Origin: an uncultured virus (IMG/VR IMGVR_UViG_3300037067_005627)
Lineage: Duplodnaviria > Heunggongvirae > Uroviricota > Caudoviricetes
Length of the DNA: 64,000 nucleotides
Reading direction: 5' to 3' (one strand)
IMG/VR virus record: IMGVR_UViG_3300037067_005627
Shown: positions 63,778-64,000 of the stretch, in pieces
Numbering within the stretch: the stretch's first letter is position 1
Layout of the letters: each line of letters begins with the position of its first letter
The notes under the pieces: generated by a model
What the model was told of the DNA's origin: nothing
The model's database searches: none
Seen by the model: the letters and a program-made list of their open reading frames with translations, nothing else
Position numbers and translations under genes: made by a program

Positions 63778-64000
63778 GCGAACAGACATGGATTCCTACT
63801 TATGAAGCTGTTGACATTGTTCATAAGAAAGGGTATGGTAACTTCACTGTTGCCACTATGAGGAATTGGTCGCGCCGATATAAGATAGGAAAGAAAATTG
63901 GCGGTCGATTCTTCATAGACAGAAGGGCATTAATGAAACTCATGGGGGAGATACGAGATGAAGAGAAGGCGCTCAAACCTGTCCGAACAAATCCTGCAAA
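63774..64000 (+). CDS. Excisionase/MerR-like HTH protein, runs off the window
   Basis: EA......T..TMRNW.....G.KIGGRF.I; ATGA coupling. Confidence 0.6.
   Translation, partial: MSEQTWIPTYEAVDIVHKKGYGNFTVATMRNWSRRYKIGKKIGGRFFIDRRALMKLMGEIRDEEKALKPVRTNPA

Larger units (their letters stand above)
1..64000. mobile_element. Tailed dsDNA bacteriophage genome (podovirus-like), apparently near-complete and circularly permuted
   Basis: Terminase, portal, scaffold, N4-gp56-type capsid, tail, ejection and lysis genes on the - strand; replication and recombination genes on the + strand; no host housekeeping flank and no integrase. Confidence 0.95.

Noticed and set aside
63774..64000. Lysogeny module suggested by the excisionase-like HTH
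   Set aside because: No integrase, repressor pair or att-like flank was found; such HTH genes are common in replication modules

Overview
This window is most of the genome of an uncultured-type tailed dsDNA phage with a podovirus-like virion, a P22-like portal and an N4-gp56-family capsid. It looks circularly permuted, because a RecA/UvsX gene runs in at base 1 and a plausible start of the same gene lies at the far end. The + strand (39.6 kb to the end, then 1-6.3 kb) carries early and replication genes. These are a sigma factor, SNF2 helicase, primase, DnaB, beta clamp, DnaX, a DnaE-UDG fusion, ThyX, a DNA methyltransferase, a PLP enzyme, SSB, UvsY, RecA and a split Rad50 with Mre11 inside it. 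The - strand (39.2 to 6.3 kb) carries packaging, lysis, head, tail and ejection genes, ending in a 2678-aa polyvalent protein. No integrase, reverse transcriptase or CRISPR array was seen. The most unusual signals are: (1) about ten late genes, including the tail nozzle and a head-tail adaptor, start with classical Sec-type signal peptides and share a dense S/T/G-G-x-S/T motif; (2) an anticodon-less tRNA-shaped RNA whose two enlarged arms can form a 7-bp kissing loop; (3) a promoter-driven ~140-nt hairpin RNA; (4) a shared basic terminal tag on many unrelated non-virion proteins; (5) convergent sigma54-type sites ahead of the late operon. All calls come from reading motifs by eye; no database searches were run.
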